In this document: positions 16,368 through 25,273 of the stretch, one piece after another
Layout: each line of letters opens with the position of its first letter
How positions within the stretch are numbered: the first letter of the stretch is position 1
Source of the DNA: a virus
Direction: 5' to 3' (one strand)
Length of the DNA: 29,552 nucleotides
Virus record (IMG/VR): IMGVR_UViG_3300008452_005759
Translations under genes and position numbers: made by a program
The notes under the pieces: model-generated
The model's input: the letters and a program-made list of their open reading frames with translations, nothing else
Told to the model about the DNA's origin: nothing
Database searches by the model: none

Positions 16368-17026
16368 CCATATTATTTAAAAGTCTTGATCATGAACAAA
16401 TCAAGTCTTATGTTATTCAATCGTTCTCTTCTTCTAATGAACGTTTTCATCCCTACAATTATTATTTAGCTCATTTGTTGGCACGGAAAAAGAACGCAGA
16501 TCTAAAACACTATGTTTCTTTAGACAGCACTTCTGTTTCTCCTTCTTCTTATTCTTTTTTATTTGATAATTTATCTCAAGAAGATAAGAACTTTGCGATT
16601 GATTATTACAATCAAACTACTTCTTCTTTTGATTCTTCTGATCTTTTATATCTTTATCATGGCTCAAGTTCAGCTATATTTTCTAATATCTTTCTAGATA
16701 TACTGCCAAGCGATTTTAATCATTTGTATTTTTATTTAATTGAAAACAACTTGCTTAAAAAAATCGGTACCAATCTTGGAAAAGCTCATATCTTTTCTTC
16801 TCAAATTGCATATCATGATTTTTCCACATTTACTAGTGCCGGATCTTTTACTTCTTATACTGAAGCAGTAGACGCTATGGTAAATGAAATGTCTGATTTG
16901 AAGAAAGATATATCACATCTTCTTTATCTTTTGGATCAAAAAGATATAGATATTCTTAATCTTGAGAATAAGATTACTGAACTTAATCACAGAAATTATA
17001 TTTCTTCTACTTTTACGTGGTCTTGA
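16364..17026 (+). CDS. Hypothetical protein, 220 aa
   Basis: ORF with 4-nt overlap. Confidence 0.75.
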   Translation: MTILFKSLDHEQIKSYVIQSFSSSNERFHPYNYYLAHLLARKKNADLKHYVSLDSTSVSPSSYSFLFDNLSQEDKNFAIDYYNQTTSSFDSSDLLYLYHGSSSAIFSNIFLDILPSDFNHLYFYLIENNLLKKIGTNLGKAHIFSSQIAYHDFSTFTSAGSFTSYTEAVDAMVNEMSDLKKDISHLLYLLDQKDIDILNLENKITELNHRNYISSTFTWS

Positions 17027-17027
17027 T

Positions 17028-17726
17028 ATGCCTCATCAACATGAACAATTGTCCATCGAAGATCTTCTTGCTTCGCTCACTGCTCTTAATCCAGATTCTG
17101 ATTTAAACAAAGTCAAATCAAAACTTTACGCTGGTAAATTAAAAATAACTAATGAGGTTCCAATGGAAAATCCTTTTGAATCAGATATTTCTGACACAGA
17201 AAGGGCTATGCTTATAATTAACAATACTGTCAGAGATATTGTTGATCTTCCTGCGTGCGTTCATTTTACCAATTCTTCTTCTCCTAATATTGGAAAAGAT
17301 TACAGATTTGCCAATATGGCACCTATGCATAATTGTTCAAATGGTAAAATGCATGCTGATCCCAACGCTGCTAATGTTTGTCCAACAATTACTAATCAAA
17401 GTTCTTGCTTTGGTTACTCAATGGACTTTTCTATACTTTCTAAGTACGATCATAATTCTATCTTTTATTATTTAATTCGCTATCGCAAAATCACTGGTTC
17501 TATTTCTTATTTAATAGCTGATTCAAACGGAAGCGTTTATCAAACTATTTCTCATGATTCTTCTTTATCATCTAAAGAAAATGATTTTGATAACGACGCA
17601 ATTAATGTATTTACTTCTTATGTTTCTGATTTAACTTTAAATTCTTCATTTGATTTAGACTTTCCTGTATCAGAAAAACAACAAGAAGAAAAACCTTCTT
17701 CCTATCTCTCTTACATTTTAGGATAG
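17028..17726 (+). CDS. Cys/His-containing hypothetical protein
   Basis: ATG 17028; MHNCSNGKMHADPNAANVCPTITNQSSC. Confidence 0.7.
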   Translation: MPHQHEQLSIEDLLASLTALNPDSDLNKVKSKLYAGKLKITNEVPMENPFESDISDTERAMLIINNTVRDIVDLPACVHFTNSSSPNIGKDYRFANMAPMHNCSNGKMHADPNAANVCPTITNQSSCFGYSMDFSILSKYDHNSIFYYLIRYRKITGSISYLIADSNGSVYQTISHDSSLSSKENDFDNDAINVFTSYVSDLTLNSSFDLDFPVSEKQQEEKPSSYLSYILG

Positions 17727-17727
17727 T

Positions 17728-18972
17728 ATGTATACTTATACTTTTTATTCTCACCCTTATCTATTCGGTTATTTTGTTCGTTCTGCTGAACCGTTTGGTA
17801 ACGAATATCATTTTCATGTTGCTGCTACTATTTCTGATACATCTTCTATTCCGCCTAATGTAACTCGTGAAAAGTTTCTTCAAGGCGACTACGATAAAAC
17901 TAATTTTAAAGATCTACTTCCTATGGCTGTTAGATCTACTTTTTCTTCTCTTGATAAAAACTACTATTTGGTTGAAAGACCACCTTTTCAATCCAAAATT
18001 GATTATTCTAAAAACCAGTCTTATTATGTTCGCAAACCTGATAAGACTATACAAGGTAAAGATATGTGGATTCCATGGACTGCTATGCTAATTAGCGTTC
18101 CAAAGGATTGTACTTATTTTAATCAAATAACTTTTAACTTGTATTTTAATGACGCTCCTATTTCTTCTGATGAAGATTTCTTAATTAATTCATTTTTTCC
18201 TAATTCTTCTAACGGTAGTGGCACTCTTTGTATAGGCTCTACTCTTTCTAATATAACTTTTGATCAACCTAATCCTTCTATTAAGGAAATAGTAAATATT
18301 ATTTATAATGATTATTTTTCTGGTGGTTGGAACTCAGACATTTCTAATCACATAAGATATAACAAAGCTATGCTCCCTGCTCTTGAGCGTTTAGAATTAA
18401 ACGATTCCAAGAATTATCAGAAGACTGATCTTCCTAGTATAAAGCATTCTCTTTTAAGATCTTCTGAAGATCATGCTACTGTTTCTACTTATAATACTAA
18501 TTATGTACAGTTTTTTTATTGTTACTCAGAAATGACATTTGAAGAAACAATGAATTATTTTAATATAATGAAACAAGCCCATATTAGCGGAGTTGCTCCT
18601 GTTCCTGTTACTTCTATTAGTTCTATGTCAGATGGTATTGATCGCAATTCTTCTTCTTTAAGAACTTCTTTATTTTCACAAGATTTGTCAAGAGATGCAA
18701 ATGTAGCTTTTGGTTGTATTGCTATTAATGATCTTATTTCTAAGAATCATATTACTGCAACTTGCAATGTTGTCATATCTGATTACGATCCTAAGACTTC
18801 TGACTTTTATTCTTATATAAGGCATCCTCAGATTATTTCAGATGTTTTTTCTCGTATAACACTTTTGCTATCCGACAGAGGCAATCCTGCATATTCTTTC
18901 CCTTACCGTTTAGACTACAGCACTAAAGATCTATTTAATAATACTGGAGATATTTATGCAGATGCCTTCTGA
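17728..18972 (+). CDS. Putative E2-like/PRTRC-B-like protein, 414 aa
   Basis: YYLVERPPFQ...MWIPWTAMLISVPKDC...FFPNSSNGSGTLCIGSTLSN...VNIIYNDYFSGGWNSDI; same pattern order as 18956 and 8860 proteins. Confidence 0.4.
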   Translation: MYTYTFYSHPYLFGYFVRSAEPFGNEYHFHVAATISDTSSIPPNVTREKFLQGDYDKTNFKDLLPMAVRSTFSSLDKNYYLVERPPFQSKIDYSKNQSYYVRKPDKTIQGKDMWIPWTAMLISVPKDCTYFNQITFNLYFNDAPISSDEDFLINSFFPNSSNGSGTLCIGSTLSNITFDQPNPSIKEIVNIIYNDYFSGGWNSDISNHIRYNKAMLPALERLELNDSKNYQKTDLPSIKHSLLRSSEDHATVSTYNTNYVQFFYCYSEMTFEETMNYFNIMKQAHISGVAPVPVTSISSMSDGIDRNSSSLRTSLFSQDLSRDANVAFGCIAINDLISKNHITATCNVVISDYDPKTSDFYSYIRHPQIISDVFSRITLLLSDRGNPAYSFPYRLDYSTKDLFNNTGDIYADAF

Positions 18973-20197
18973 TTTGATAAGAAGCCATTTATATTCTAAA
19001 GGAATTCCTACAAACGATTATATAGTTGTTGAATCTTTTAGTCACGACTATTTTCTAAGAAGTATAAAAAATGCAATAGCTAATGAATTAGAGTATTCAC
19101 AACCATACTCTTATTTAAGCGTTGTTACAAATGGAGTTACTTCAACTTTAGAAGATGTTACTTTACAGAATTATTTTGATATATTTTCTTGTTTAGCTCC
19201 TGCAGACTATTCTACTAATCCTTCTGTTATATTTCCTGGCATTAGATATATATCAGATACTATCTTGATATTTGAACGCCCTCCTACTATGAAGCCTTAT
19301 TCTTACAGTAATGCTTATAGAGAATCTATTACTGACGAAACACGTAGCCAAGAATTTTATATACCAATTCCTTGGCAAGTTTACATATGCTCTTTTGATC
19401 CTCGCGAAATGAGATTGCTTAATGCTAAAATGCTTTTTGCAAATTCTTCTCTTTCTTCGTTTGAAGACAACGTTTATGCTCCTCCTCTTTTAAACTTTTA
19501 CTCAAACGCCAACCTCTGCAGACCTTTCTTTGAGTCTATGGACGATATAGAAAAATATCCAAAAACTTATAGTGGAATTATGGCTTCTGCTTATGATTGG
19601 ATTTGGAACTCTGGTACCAATCTTGATATTACTGAGAATATTTCTGAGTTTTTAAGACTAAAGAAATACGAACAGTTTAAGCCTTATTGTATTCAAAATC
19701 CAGATGTTTCTTCTTATTACAATTTGCTTGCATCTAGTAACATATCTTCTAATCCTACTTCTCTTCATTATAAACTTGTTAAATCTTATTTCACTTGCTT
19801 AGAGCAGGTTCCTCTTGAAGAGATTGTAAATTTTGATTGGACTAATCCTACTGTAGAAGATTTTTATTATCAAGAAAATCATAATTCTTTATCTACAATT
19901 ATTGAATCTTTTGCTGATGAACACAATTTTATTATTCACGAGCACAACTTTGATCAAGAAGAACATGACGACGATTGTCCTGAAGAGTGCATATATCGCG
20001 ATGATGTTCCTCATCTTGATGGTTATAATCAGTATTATCAAGATCGTATGAATTTTCAGCCATCGCCAAAGGATCTTCGATTCTGTGCTCTTCAATCTGT
20101 ACTTTATCTTGTGCGTCAAGGATTTTACAAATCTTTTTCTAAAGAGTCACAAATGAACAAGATTTATTCTACTGCTCTTAGTGTCATCAATAGTTAA
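18956..20197 (+). CDS. Putative E2-like/PRTRC-B-like protein, 413 aa
   Basis: ILIFERPPTM...FYIPIPWQVYICSFDPREMRLLNAKMLFANSSLSSFEDNVYAPPLLNFYSNANLCRPFF...MASAYDWIWNSGTNLDI. Confidence 0.4.
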   Translation: MQMPSDLIRSHLYSKGIPTNDYIVVESFSHDYFLRSIKNAIANELEYSQPYSYLSVVTNGVTSTLEDVTLQNYFDIFSCLAPADYSTNPSVIFPGIRYISDTILIFERPPTMKPYSYSNAYRESITDETRSQEFYIPIPWQVYICSFDPREMRLLNAKMLFANSSLSSFEDNVYAPPLLNFYSNANLCRPFFESMDDIEKYPKTYSGIMASAYDWIWNSGTNLDITENISEFLRLKKYEQFKPYCIQNPDVSSYYNLLASSNISSNPTSLHYKLVKSYFTCLEQVPLEEIVNFDWTNPTVEDFYYQENHNSLSTIIESFADEHNFIIHEHNFDQEEHDDDCPEECIYRDDVPHLDGYNQYYQDRMNFQPSPKDLRFCALQSVLYLVRQGFYKSFSKESQMNKIYSTALSVINS

Positions 20198-20206
20198 TGC
20201 TTCTCC

Positions 20207-20235
20207 TTGACATCTATATACCTTTTTGGTAATAT
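20207..20235 (+). promoter_or_regulatory. Sigma70-like promoter
   Basis: TTGACA - 17 nt - TATAAT-like TAATAT, upstream of HTH/ssb/UDG operon. Confidence 0.7.
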
Positions 20236-20271
20236 ATAGATATATAAACTTTAAAAAAGGTAAAACCTAAA

Positions 20272-20583
20272 ATGTCAAAAAGAAAATCATCACAACCTCA
20301 TTTTAATAGATCAGAGGTTGCAAAGATTCTAAATGTATCCACTCTTACCATTGCAAACAGAGAAAAGACTAAGAAGTATCCTGATCCCAAAAGAGATATG
20401 AATAACTATAGGATTTACAGTATTAATGATGTTATGAATCTTCAATTGATAACATATAATCACATTGATACAAAGCCAATAATATCTATTCTTTATGATA
20501 AAGGATACAGAGATACTAAGTATCTTGGCGAAATAATTGATGAAGCTATGTCTTCGAGAGTTGGTTCAAATGTCAGAAGATAA
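20272..20583 (+). CDS. MerR-like HTH DNA-binding protein
   Basis: HFNRSEVAKILNVSTLTIANREKTKKYPDPKRDMNNYRIYSINDVMNL. Confidence 0.7.
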   Translation: MSKRKSSQPHFNRSEVAKILNVSTLTIANREKTKKYPDPKRDMNNYRIYSINDVMNLQLITYNHIDTKPIISILYDKGYRDTKYLGEIIDEAMSSRVGSNVRR

Positions 20584-20803
20584 TAATTTTCAGTATAATC
20601 AACAGAATACAAATCCATTTGTTGAAGAAGTTTCAGACTATGTTTCAACTGATGTAATTACTGATCTTAAGTCAGGAATATACAATCTTTTTCTTAGTCT
20701 ACTTAACAACCTTATGGTACAATATGGCCCTATAGAAGCTGTGAAAATTTCAACAGAGTTTATAGATACAATATCAGATACATTTAAAAAAACCCTAGAA
20801 TAA
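20570..20803 (+). CDS. Hypothetical protein
   Basis: Internal Met of the 20537 ORF; MSEDNNFQYNQQ. Confidence 0.6.
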   Translation: MSEDNNFQYNQQNTNPFVEEVSDYVSTDVITDLKSGIYNLFLSLLNNLMVQYGPIEAVKISTEFIDTISDTFKKTLE

Positions 20804-20816
20804 TTGGAGAAATAAA

Positions 20817-21239
20817 ATGATAGACCCACGCAATACTGTAATTCTTACAGCTGGAATAATTTCAGATCCAGAACTTGTTGCAAATGGAAACATTGCAAAG
20901 TTCAGAATTGCTGTTGATTACGCAGGAAGCGAAAAGGGCGCTGGAGCATCCAGTGGCTACTTTGATGTAGTTTACTATCTTAAGGATGGCTCTGAGCCAG
21001 CTTCTAAGAACGCTTCATTCGTTATCTCACAGCTTCAGAACAATAAGATGAAAAAGGGCTCACAGGTTCAGCTTGTTGGCCGTCTTGTTCAGGAGCGTTG
21101 GCAGCAGGATGGCCAGAACCGTTCTAAGACAGTAGTTGTTGCAGAAGCAGTGACATATGCTGGATCTAACTTCCAGAAGTCATCTGATGCTCCAGCATCT
21201 ACTTCTCAGCCTTCCACATCTATCCCGGATGAGTTCTGA
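20817..21239 (+). CDS. ssb: Single-stranded DNA-binding protein
   Basis: OB-fold pattern NTVILTAGIISDPELVANGNIAKFRIAVD...GYFDVVYYL...KGSQVQLVGRLVQERW with acidic C-tip IPDEF. Confidence 0.85.
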   Translation: MIDPRNTVILTAGIISDPELVANGNIAKFRIAVDYAGSEKGAGASSGYFDVVYYLKDGSEPASKNASFVISQLQNNKMKKGSQVQLVGRLVQERWQQDGQNRSKTVVVAEAVTYAGSNFQKSSDAPASTSQPSTSIPDEF

Positions 21240-21981
21240 TTTTAATCCGTCTTTAGTAGACTCTTTAATAGAAGAAGCTTTATCTTCCCCTAAGGCACCA
21301 GACCGTTCTTATGGTCATTTGGGCTTTATGGAGGGAGATATTGTTTCTTCTATTTTTTCTGCTATTCAAGATAGAGTTCCTAATGAAACTTTTCTTAAAA
21401 TAGTCAAAGAGTCTAGAGAAAACTATACTTCCTACATTGTTCCACAAAAGATAACTGATTTACATACAGTTACTCACAACTGTAGAAAGTGTAGTTTTTC
21501 TGGTATAAATCCTGCTCTTCCAAAATGGAATGTTCACAATCCAGATGTTTTGTTTATATTAGAAACTTCTAATATTGATCAGAATTCTTCTGCTCTGTTT
21601 ATTTCAGCTTTAAAAGAAGCAGGGTTTAAGTCTGAAAATGTTTGTCTTACATATCTTTTAAGATGCCCTACTAAAGACATTCAAGAACAATACATAGACA
21701 ATTGTAAATCTTATCTCCATCAAGAAATTCAAATAATGAATCCTAAACTTATTTGTCCTATTGGTGGAACAGTTTTATCATCTTTGTTTGGCACTGATGT
21801 AAAACTAAAAGAATACAAAAGTAAAGTTACTTGGCTAGGATCTTGGCCAATTTATCCACTTTATTCTTTAGCATATATTAATAAAGCCGGTGAATCAGCG
21901 TTAGCTGATTTTAAGGCAGATATGAACCAAGCGTACCAATTTTGCTATAAGAAAGTAGCTAATAATGAATCAGATAAATGA
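21229..21981 (+). CDS. Uracil-DNA glycosylase superfamily (family 4-like)
   Basis: HNCRKCSFSGINPALPKWNVHNPDVLFILETS...VCLTYLLRCPTKDI...NCKSYLHQEIQIMNPKLICPIGGTVLSSLFG; ATG 21229 within ssb end. Confidence 0.7.
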   Translation: MSSDFNPSLVDSLIEEALSSPKAPDRSYGHLGFMEGDIVSSIFSAIQDRVPNETFLKIVKESRENYTSYIVPQKITDLHTVTHNCRKCSFSGINPALPKWNVHNPDVLFILETSNIDQNSSALFISALKEAGFKSENVCLTYLLRCPTKDIQEQYIDNCKSYLHQEIQIMNPKLICPIGGTVLSSLFGTDVKLKEYKSKVTWLGSWPIYPLYSLAYINKAGESALADFKADMNQAYQFCYKKVANNESDK

Positions 21982-22339
21982 TTACATTGATGATCTTGAT
22001 TTAACTTCTGATCAAGACCTTGACTCTTTTAAACAGTTAGTTATTGCTGACATTAAGGGTTCTATTTCTGAGGAAGAAAAAATACATCTTCTTAATAATC
22101 TTGCTCTTTGGAATTACAATTTGCAGACTTTAAGAAGAGACATGGAACTTCAACTTTCTTGTCAGAAGTCCAAAATAAAAATGCAGGTAGCAAACTTTGA
22201 TCAAATGTCTGAACATGAAAAGTCTCAGACTAAATTGTTCATCAATGATCAACATAAGTGGCGTATGTCTGCATTAAAATTTCTCTCTAACATTGAGCGT
22301 AAAGCTTTATATGTCAAGATGCTATTGACAAATAGCTAG
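21965..22339 (+). CDS. Hypothetical protein
   Basis: ORF, coupled. Confidence 0.65.
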   Translation: MNQINDYIDDLDLTSDQDLDSFKQLVIADIKGSISEEEKIHLLNNLALWNYNLQTLRRDMELQLSCQKSKIKMQVANFDQMSEHEKSQTKLFINDQHKWRMSALKFLSNIERKALYVKMLLTNS

Positions 22340-22360
22340 TTATTCTGTTATGGTATACAT

Positions 22361-22798
22361 ATGTCTGTCAATGTAGTAGAAAAACTGGCTTCTTTACAGC
22401 CAACTCTTTTTGAGGAAGAATCTTATTCTTTTTTGATATTTTACCAAAGTCTTAAACCTTGGTATTTTTATGATAGTGAATCTCTTGGTTTAGAATTTGT
22501 AAATACACAAATTAATAAGTTTTCTCTACTTGACGGACGTATACCATTTTTGAAAAATGTATCTTCTGACATGCCTGAAGATTATTGGTCATCTGTTCCT
22601 CTTGGCGTCTTTAGATATAAAATGTTATCTGATATGTCATTTGGTCTACTTAATGACTACAAGAACATTCCCGGATATATAGTCGAGGGAATGTACTGGG
22701 ATAATGGGTTTTTTTATTTGGTTAGAGACCAAGATAAAACAATTCAGTCTAAAATGTTTATCGACATTGAGACAAAACAAAGAGCCAATTATCCTTAA
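22361..22798 (+). CDS. Hypothetical protein
   Basis: ORF. Confidence 0.65.
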   Translation: MSVNVVEKLASLQPTLFEEESYSFLIFYQSLKPWYFYDSESLGLEFVNTQINKFSLLDGRIPFLKNVSSDMPEDYWSSVPLGVFRYKMLSDMSFGLLNDYKNIPGYIVEGMYWDNGFFYLVRDQDKTIQSKMFIDIETKQRANYP

Positions 22799-22804
22799 TT
22801 ATAA

Positions 22805-22878
22805 GCCCTCGTAGCTCAGCTGGATAGAGCATCGGACTTCTAATCCGCAGGTCGTATGTTCGAATCATACCGAGGGCG
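22805..22878 (+). tRNA. tRNA-Arg(UCU)
   Basis: Acceptor GCCCTCG/CGAGGGC, anticodon loop CTTCTAA, T arm GTATG-TTCGAAT-CATAC. Confidence 0.95.
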
Positions 22879-22880
22879 CT

Positions 22881-23096
22881 ATGAAATATAAAATTATTGC
22901 TAAGCTAGATGAACAAAAATACAAATCTTGCAAAGAGATGGACCCAAATCTTTGGCCAAAGCTTAAAGATAAAGTATACACTTTAGGTGTATGGCCTACA
23001 AGAGATTGGGCCGAATGGTCAGCTAAGAGCCATAGAGAATATAGATTTTCTAATTTAGACATATCTACAGTAGAAATCGTTGAAATACATGAGTGA
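22881..23096 (+). CDS. Hypothetical protein
   Basis: ATG 2 nt after the tRNA; MKYKIIAKLDEQKYKSCKEMD. Confidence 0.65.
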   Translation: MKYKIIAKLDEQKYKSCKEMDPNLWPKLKDKVYTLGVWPTRDWAEWSAKSHREYRFSNLDISTVEIVEIHE

Positions 23097-23283
23097 TCAG
23101 GAGCACAAGATGGAAAAATATACTGCTGTTATAACTATAACTATTGATGAGTTTGAAGCTCACGATGCAGATCACGAACGTGATATCGTACAGATTTTTA
23201 TCAAGAGAATACTAGATGCTAGAATCTGTGAATCTTCTGATATTCAAGTACAAGTCGATACCTTTATCAAGGAAGATGCTTAG
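23080..23283 (+). CDS. Hypothetical protein
   Basis: ORF. Confidence 0.55.
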   Translation: MKYMSDQEHKMEKYTAVITITIDEFEAHDADHERDIVQIFIKRILDARICESSDIQVQVDTFIKEDA

Positions 23284-23285
23284 TT

Positions 23286-23441
23286 ATGACAAATGAACCA
23301 GAGCAAAATGAAGAACTTTCAGAAGAAAAAACTTTTGCTGAACAAGTAGAAGAGTCTCTTTCTTTTATAGTTAATATGATGAATGAAGGCAAGGCTGATC
23401 CCAAAGAAGTTTATCCCTCAAATAGATACCACGGCGACTAA
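23286..23441 (+). CDS. Small acidic protein, 51 aa
   Basis: MTNEPEQNEELSEEKTFAEQVEESLSFIVNMMNEGKADPKEVYPSNRYHGD. Confidence 0.5.
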   Translation: MTNEPEQNEELSEEKTFAEQVEESLSFIVNMMNEGKADPKEVYPSNRYHGD

Positions 23442-23442
23442 C

Positions 23443-23649
23443 ATGTTGGACATAGTTGCAGATCTTCTTAATGCTTTTCAAGATGATCAACATACGTATG
23501 ACGCAACACTTTATGCTCGCGCAGCTTTGGAAATTCAAACTCTTCGCTCTTTAGCAGAAGATATGTATGTCACCTTAATAAATGAAATTGGTCAGACTGC
23601 AGCTTCTGCAAACTACGAACAGTACGTACGAATGCAAAGTATTCCATAG
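23443..23649 (+). CDS. Hypothetical protein
   Basis: Internal Met of the 23383 ORF; MLDIVADLLNAFQDDQ. Confidence 0.5.
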   Translation: MLDIVADLLNAFQDDQHTYDATLYARAALEIQTLRSLAEDMYVTLINEIGQTAASANYEQYVRMQSIP

Positions 23650-23660
23650 TTTTAATTTTT

Positions 23661-23747
23661 GGAACGGTGGCTGAGTGGCCGAAAGCAACGGTTTGCTAAA
23701 CCGTCGAACCAGCAATGGTTCCGGAGGTTCGAATCCTCCTCGTTCCG
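23661..23747 (+). tRNA. tRNA-Ser(GCU)
   Basis: Acceptor GGAACGG/TCGTTCC, anticodon arm ACGGT-TTGCTAA-ACCGT, long variable arm, T arm GGAGG-TTCGAAT-CCTCC. Confidence 0.95.
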
Positions 23748-23768
23748 CTCTAATATTAGAAAGTTAAC

Positions 23769-24020
23769 ATGAAGACTTACAGAAATGAAATTTACAATCA
23801 TACCTTTACCAACAGTTCTTTTATAGAAAAGGCTTCTTGGTTTAATGAAGGTAATATACTAATGCTTACTTTCGGTACCGGTTCCGTTTGGCACTACTAT
23901 GATGTTCCATTTGAAATTTATTCCGGTTTTATTAAAGCTCCATCTCATGGAAAATATTTTAATGAGAATATCAGAAACATTTACTCTGGAGAACGGGTAT
24001 ACTACACTTCTCAAGCTTAA
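23769..24020 (+). CDS. KTSC-domain protein
   Basis: SSFIEKASWFNEGNILMLTFGTGSVWHYYDVPFEIYSGFIKAPSHGKYFNENIRNIY. Confidence 0.75.
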   Translation: MKTYRNEIYNHTFTNSSFIEKASWFNEGNILMLTFGTGSVWHYYDVPFEIYSGFIKAPSHGKYFNENIRNIYSGERVYYTSQA

Positions 24021-24029
24021 GGTTTTTTA

Positions 24030-24179
24030 ATGTCTAAAAGAAAAAAGAATAAAAATAAATATAAAAACAAGACTTATTCAAAGCCAGTTGCTTATTCTTA
24101 TTCTAGTTCTAAAGATATTAAACCTTTAGCTTTTCAAGTTTTTGGCTCTTTATATTATACTTCTCAAAAACAATCTTGA
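24030..24179 (+). CDS. Small basic protein, 49 aa
   Basis: MSKRKKNKNKYKNKTYSKPVAYSYSSSKDIKPLAFQVFGSLYYTSQKQS. Confidence 0.45.
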   Translation: MSKRKKNKNKYKNKTYSKPVAYSYSSSKDIKPLAFQVFGSLYYTSQKQS

Positions 24180-24204
24180 TAAATCCTATATTTTAGTGTA
24201 TACT
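24176..24204 (+). promoter_or_regulatory. Sigma70-like promoter upstream of proteasome-like gene
   Basis: TTGATA - 17 nt - TATACT, 29 nt before ATG 24234. Confidence 0.65.
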
Positions 24205-24233
24205 AAATCAAAACACTAAACAGAGGATTTTAA

Positions 24234-24848
24234 ATGACTACAATACTCGCTATTCAAGGTCAAGGTTTTGCTACCGTCTCTGTTGATTCTCGCATATCTA
24301 CAATGGATGAGGGAGGATTTGCCTCTCAGATCACAACCCTAGGGGAAGGTTCTTCTAAGGTTGCTAGAGTCGGCAAGTATCTTTTAGGCGCTGCCGGCGA
24401 TATGAGAGCAATCAACATCTTGCACCATGTTTTTCAGCCCCCAACTTTGACTCCTGGTTTAACAGGAAAAAAGCTAGATCAATTTATTACAATGAAATTT
24501 GTTCCAGCTTTGCGCGACTGTTTTGAGAAACAGGGTTATGCTTCACCAGAAAATGACTCTGCGACGCACATTGCACAGCATGGGTCTACCATTCTTACAG
24601 TAGTAAATGGCTCCATATATGTTATCGATGGAGATTATTCTTGGACATCTGATTACCACGGTGTTTACGCTTTAGGAACTGGTTCTTCTTATGTTTTAGG
24701 TGCTGCAAACGCTTTGCTTGCCAATAAGAAGAACCTCACTCCTGCACAAATTAAAACCATTTCTCTCAAGGCTATGAGAATAGCTTCTAGCTTTGATCCA
24801 TATACTGGTCCACCTTTTTATACCCACACTCAAGAGGAAGAAAAATAA
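24234..24848 (+). CDS. Proteasome beta/HslV-like Ntn hydrolase, 204 aa
   Basis: MTTILAIQGQGFATVSVDSRIS: Thr at residue 2, Asp of VDSR at position 17 relative to that Thr; SSKVARVGKYLLGAAGDMRA; YALGTGSSYVLGAANALL (GSG-like Ser129 motif). Confidence 0.85.
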   Translation: MTTILAIQGQGFATVSVDSRISTMDEGGFASQITTLGEGSSKVARVGKYLLGAAGDMRAINILHHVFQPPTLTPGLTGKKLDQFITMKFVPALRDCFEKQGYASPENDSATHIAQHGSTILTVVNGSIYVIDGDYSWTSDYHGVYALGTGSSYVLGAANALLANKKNLTPAQIKTISLKAMRIASSFDPYTGPPFYTHTQEEEK

Positions 24849-25273
24849 TGATTTCTGCTCCCTGGCCAATGCCTCAAAGTTCACTTAAAAGTTCTTCTCA
24901 ACCTCGGTTTATAGCTCAAAGTTTTTCTCTTGACGGATGTTATGATCCAAAAGGAAAAATTCCTTTTCCTAAAAATTCTTTTGATTCAACTCCTTATTTA
25001 GATCTTTATAATAAGCTTGACACTTTACCAATTGTGAAAGCTGGTTTTCCTACTGTTAAAGGAACTATTCAAGTTTCTCAAAGTCAACTTCCTCCTGAAG
25101 TTTTTGAAAAACATGCTTTTCCCGCCACAATTCAAACAACCGCTAAATATTTTGGTTTACCTTCTGAACATTTAGCTTCTGTTACTGTAGAAGCTTCTGA
25201 AGATTTTCTTAATACTTTTTTGTATACGGTCACAATAGAAAGATATTTGTCTGATTACGGCGAACCATTCTGA
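24848..25273 (+). CDS. Hypothetical protein
   Basis: 1-nt overlap with the Ntn hydrolase gene. Confidence 0.65.
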   Translation: MISAPWPMPQSSLKSSSQPRFIAQSFSLDGCYDPKGKIPFPKNSFDSTPYLDLYNKLDTLPIVKAGFPTVKGTIQVSQSQLPPEVFEKHAFPATIQTTAKYFGLPSEHLASVTVEASEDFLNTFLYTVTIERYLSDYGEPF

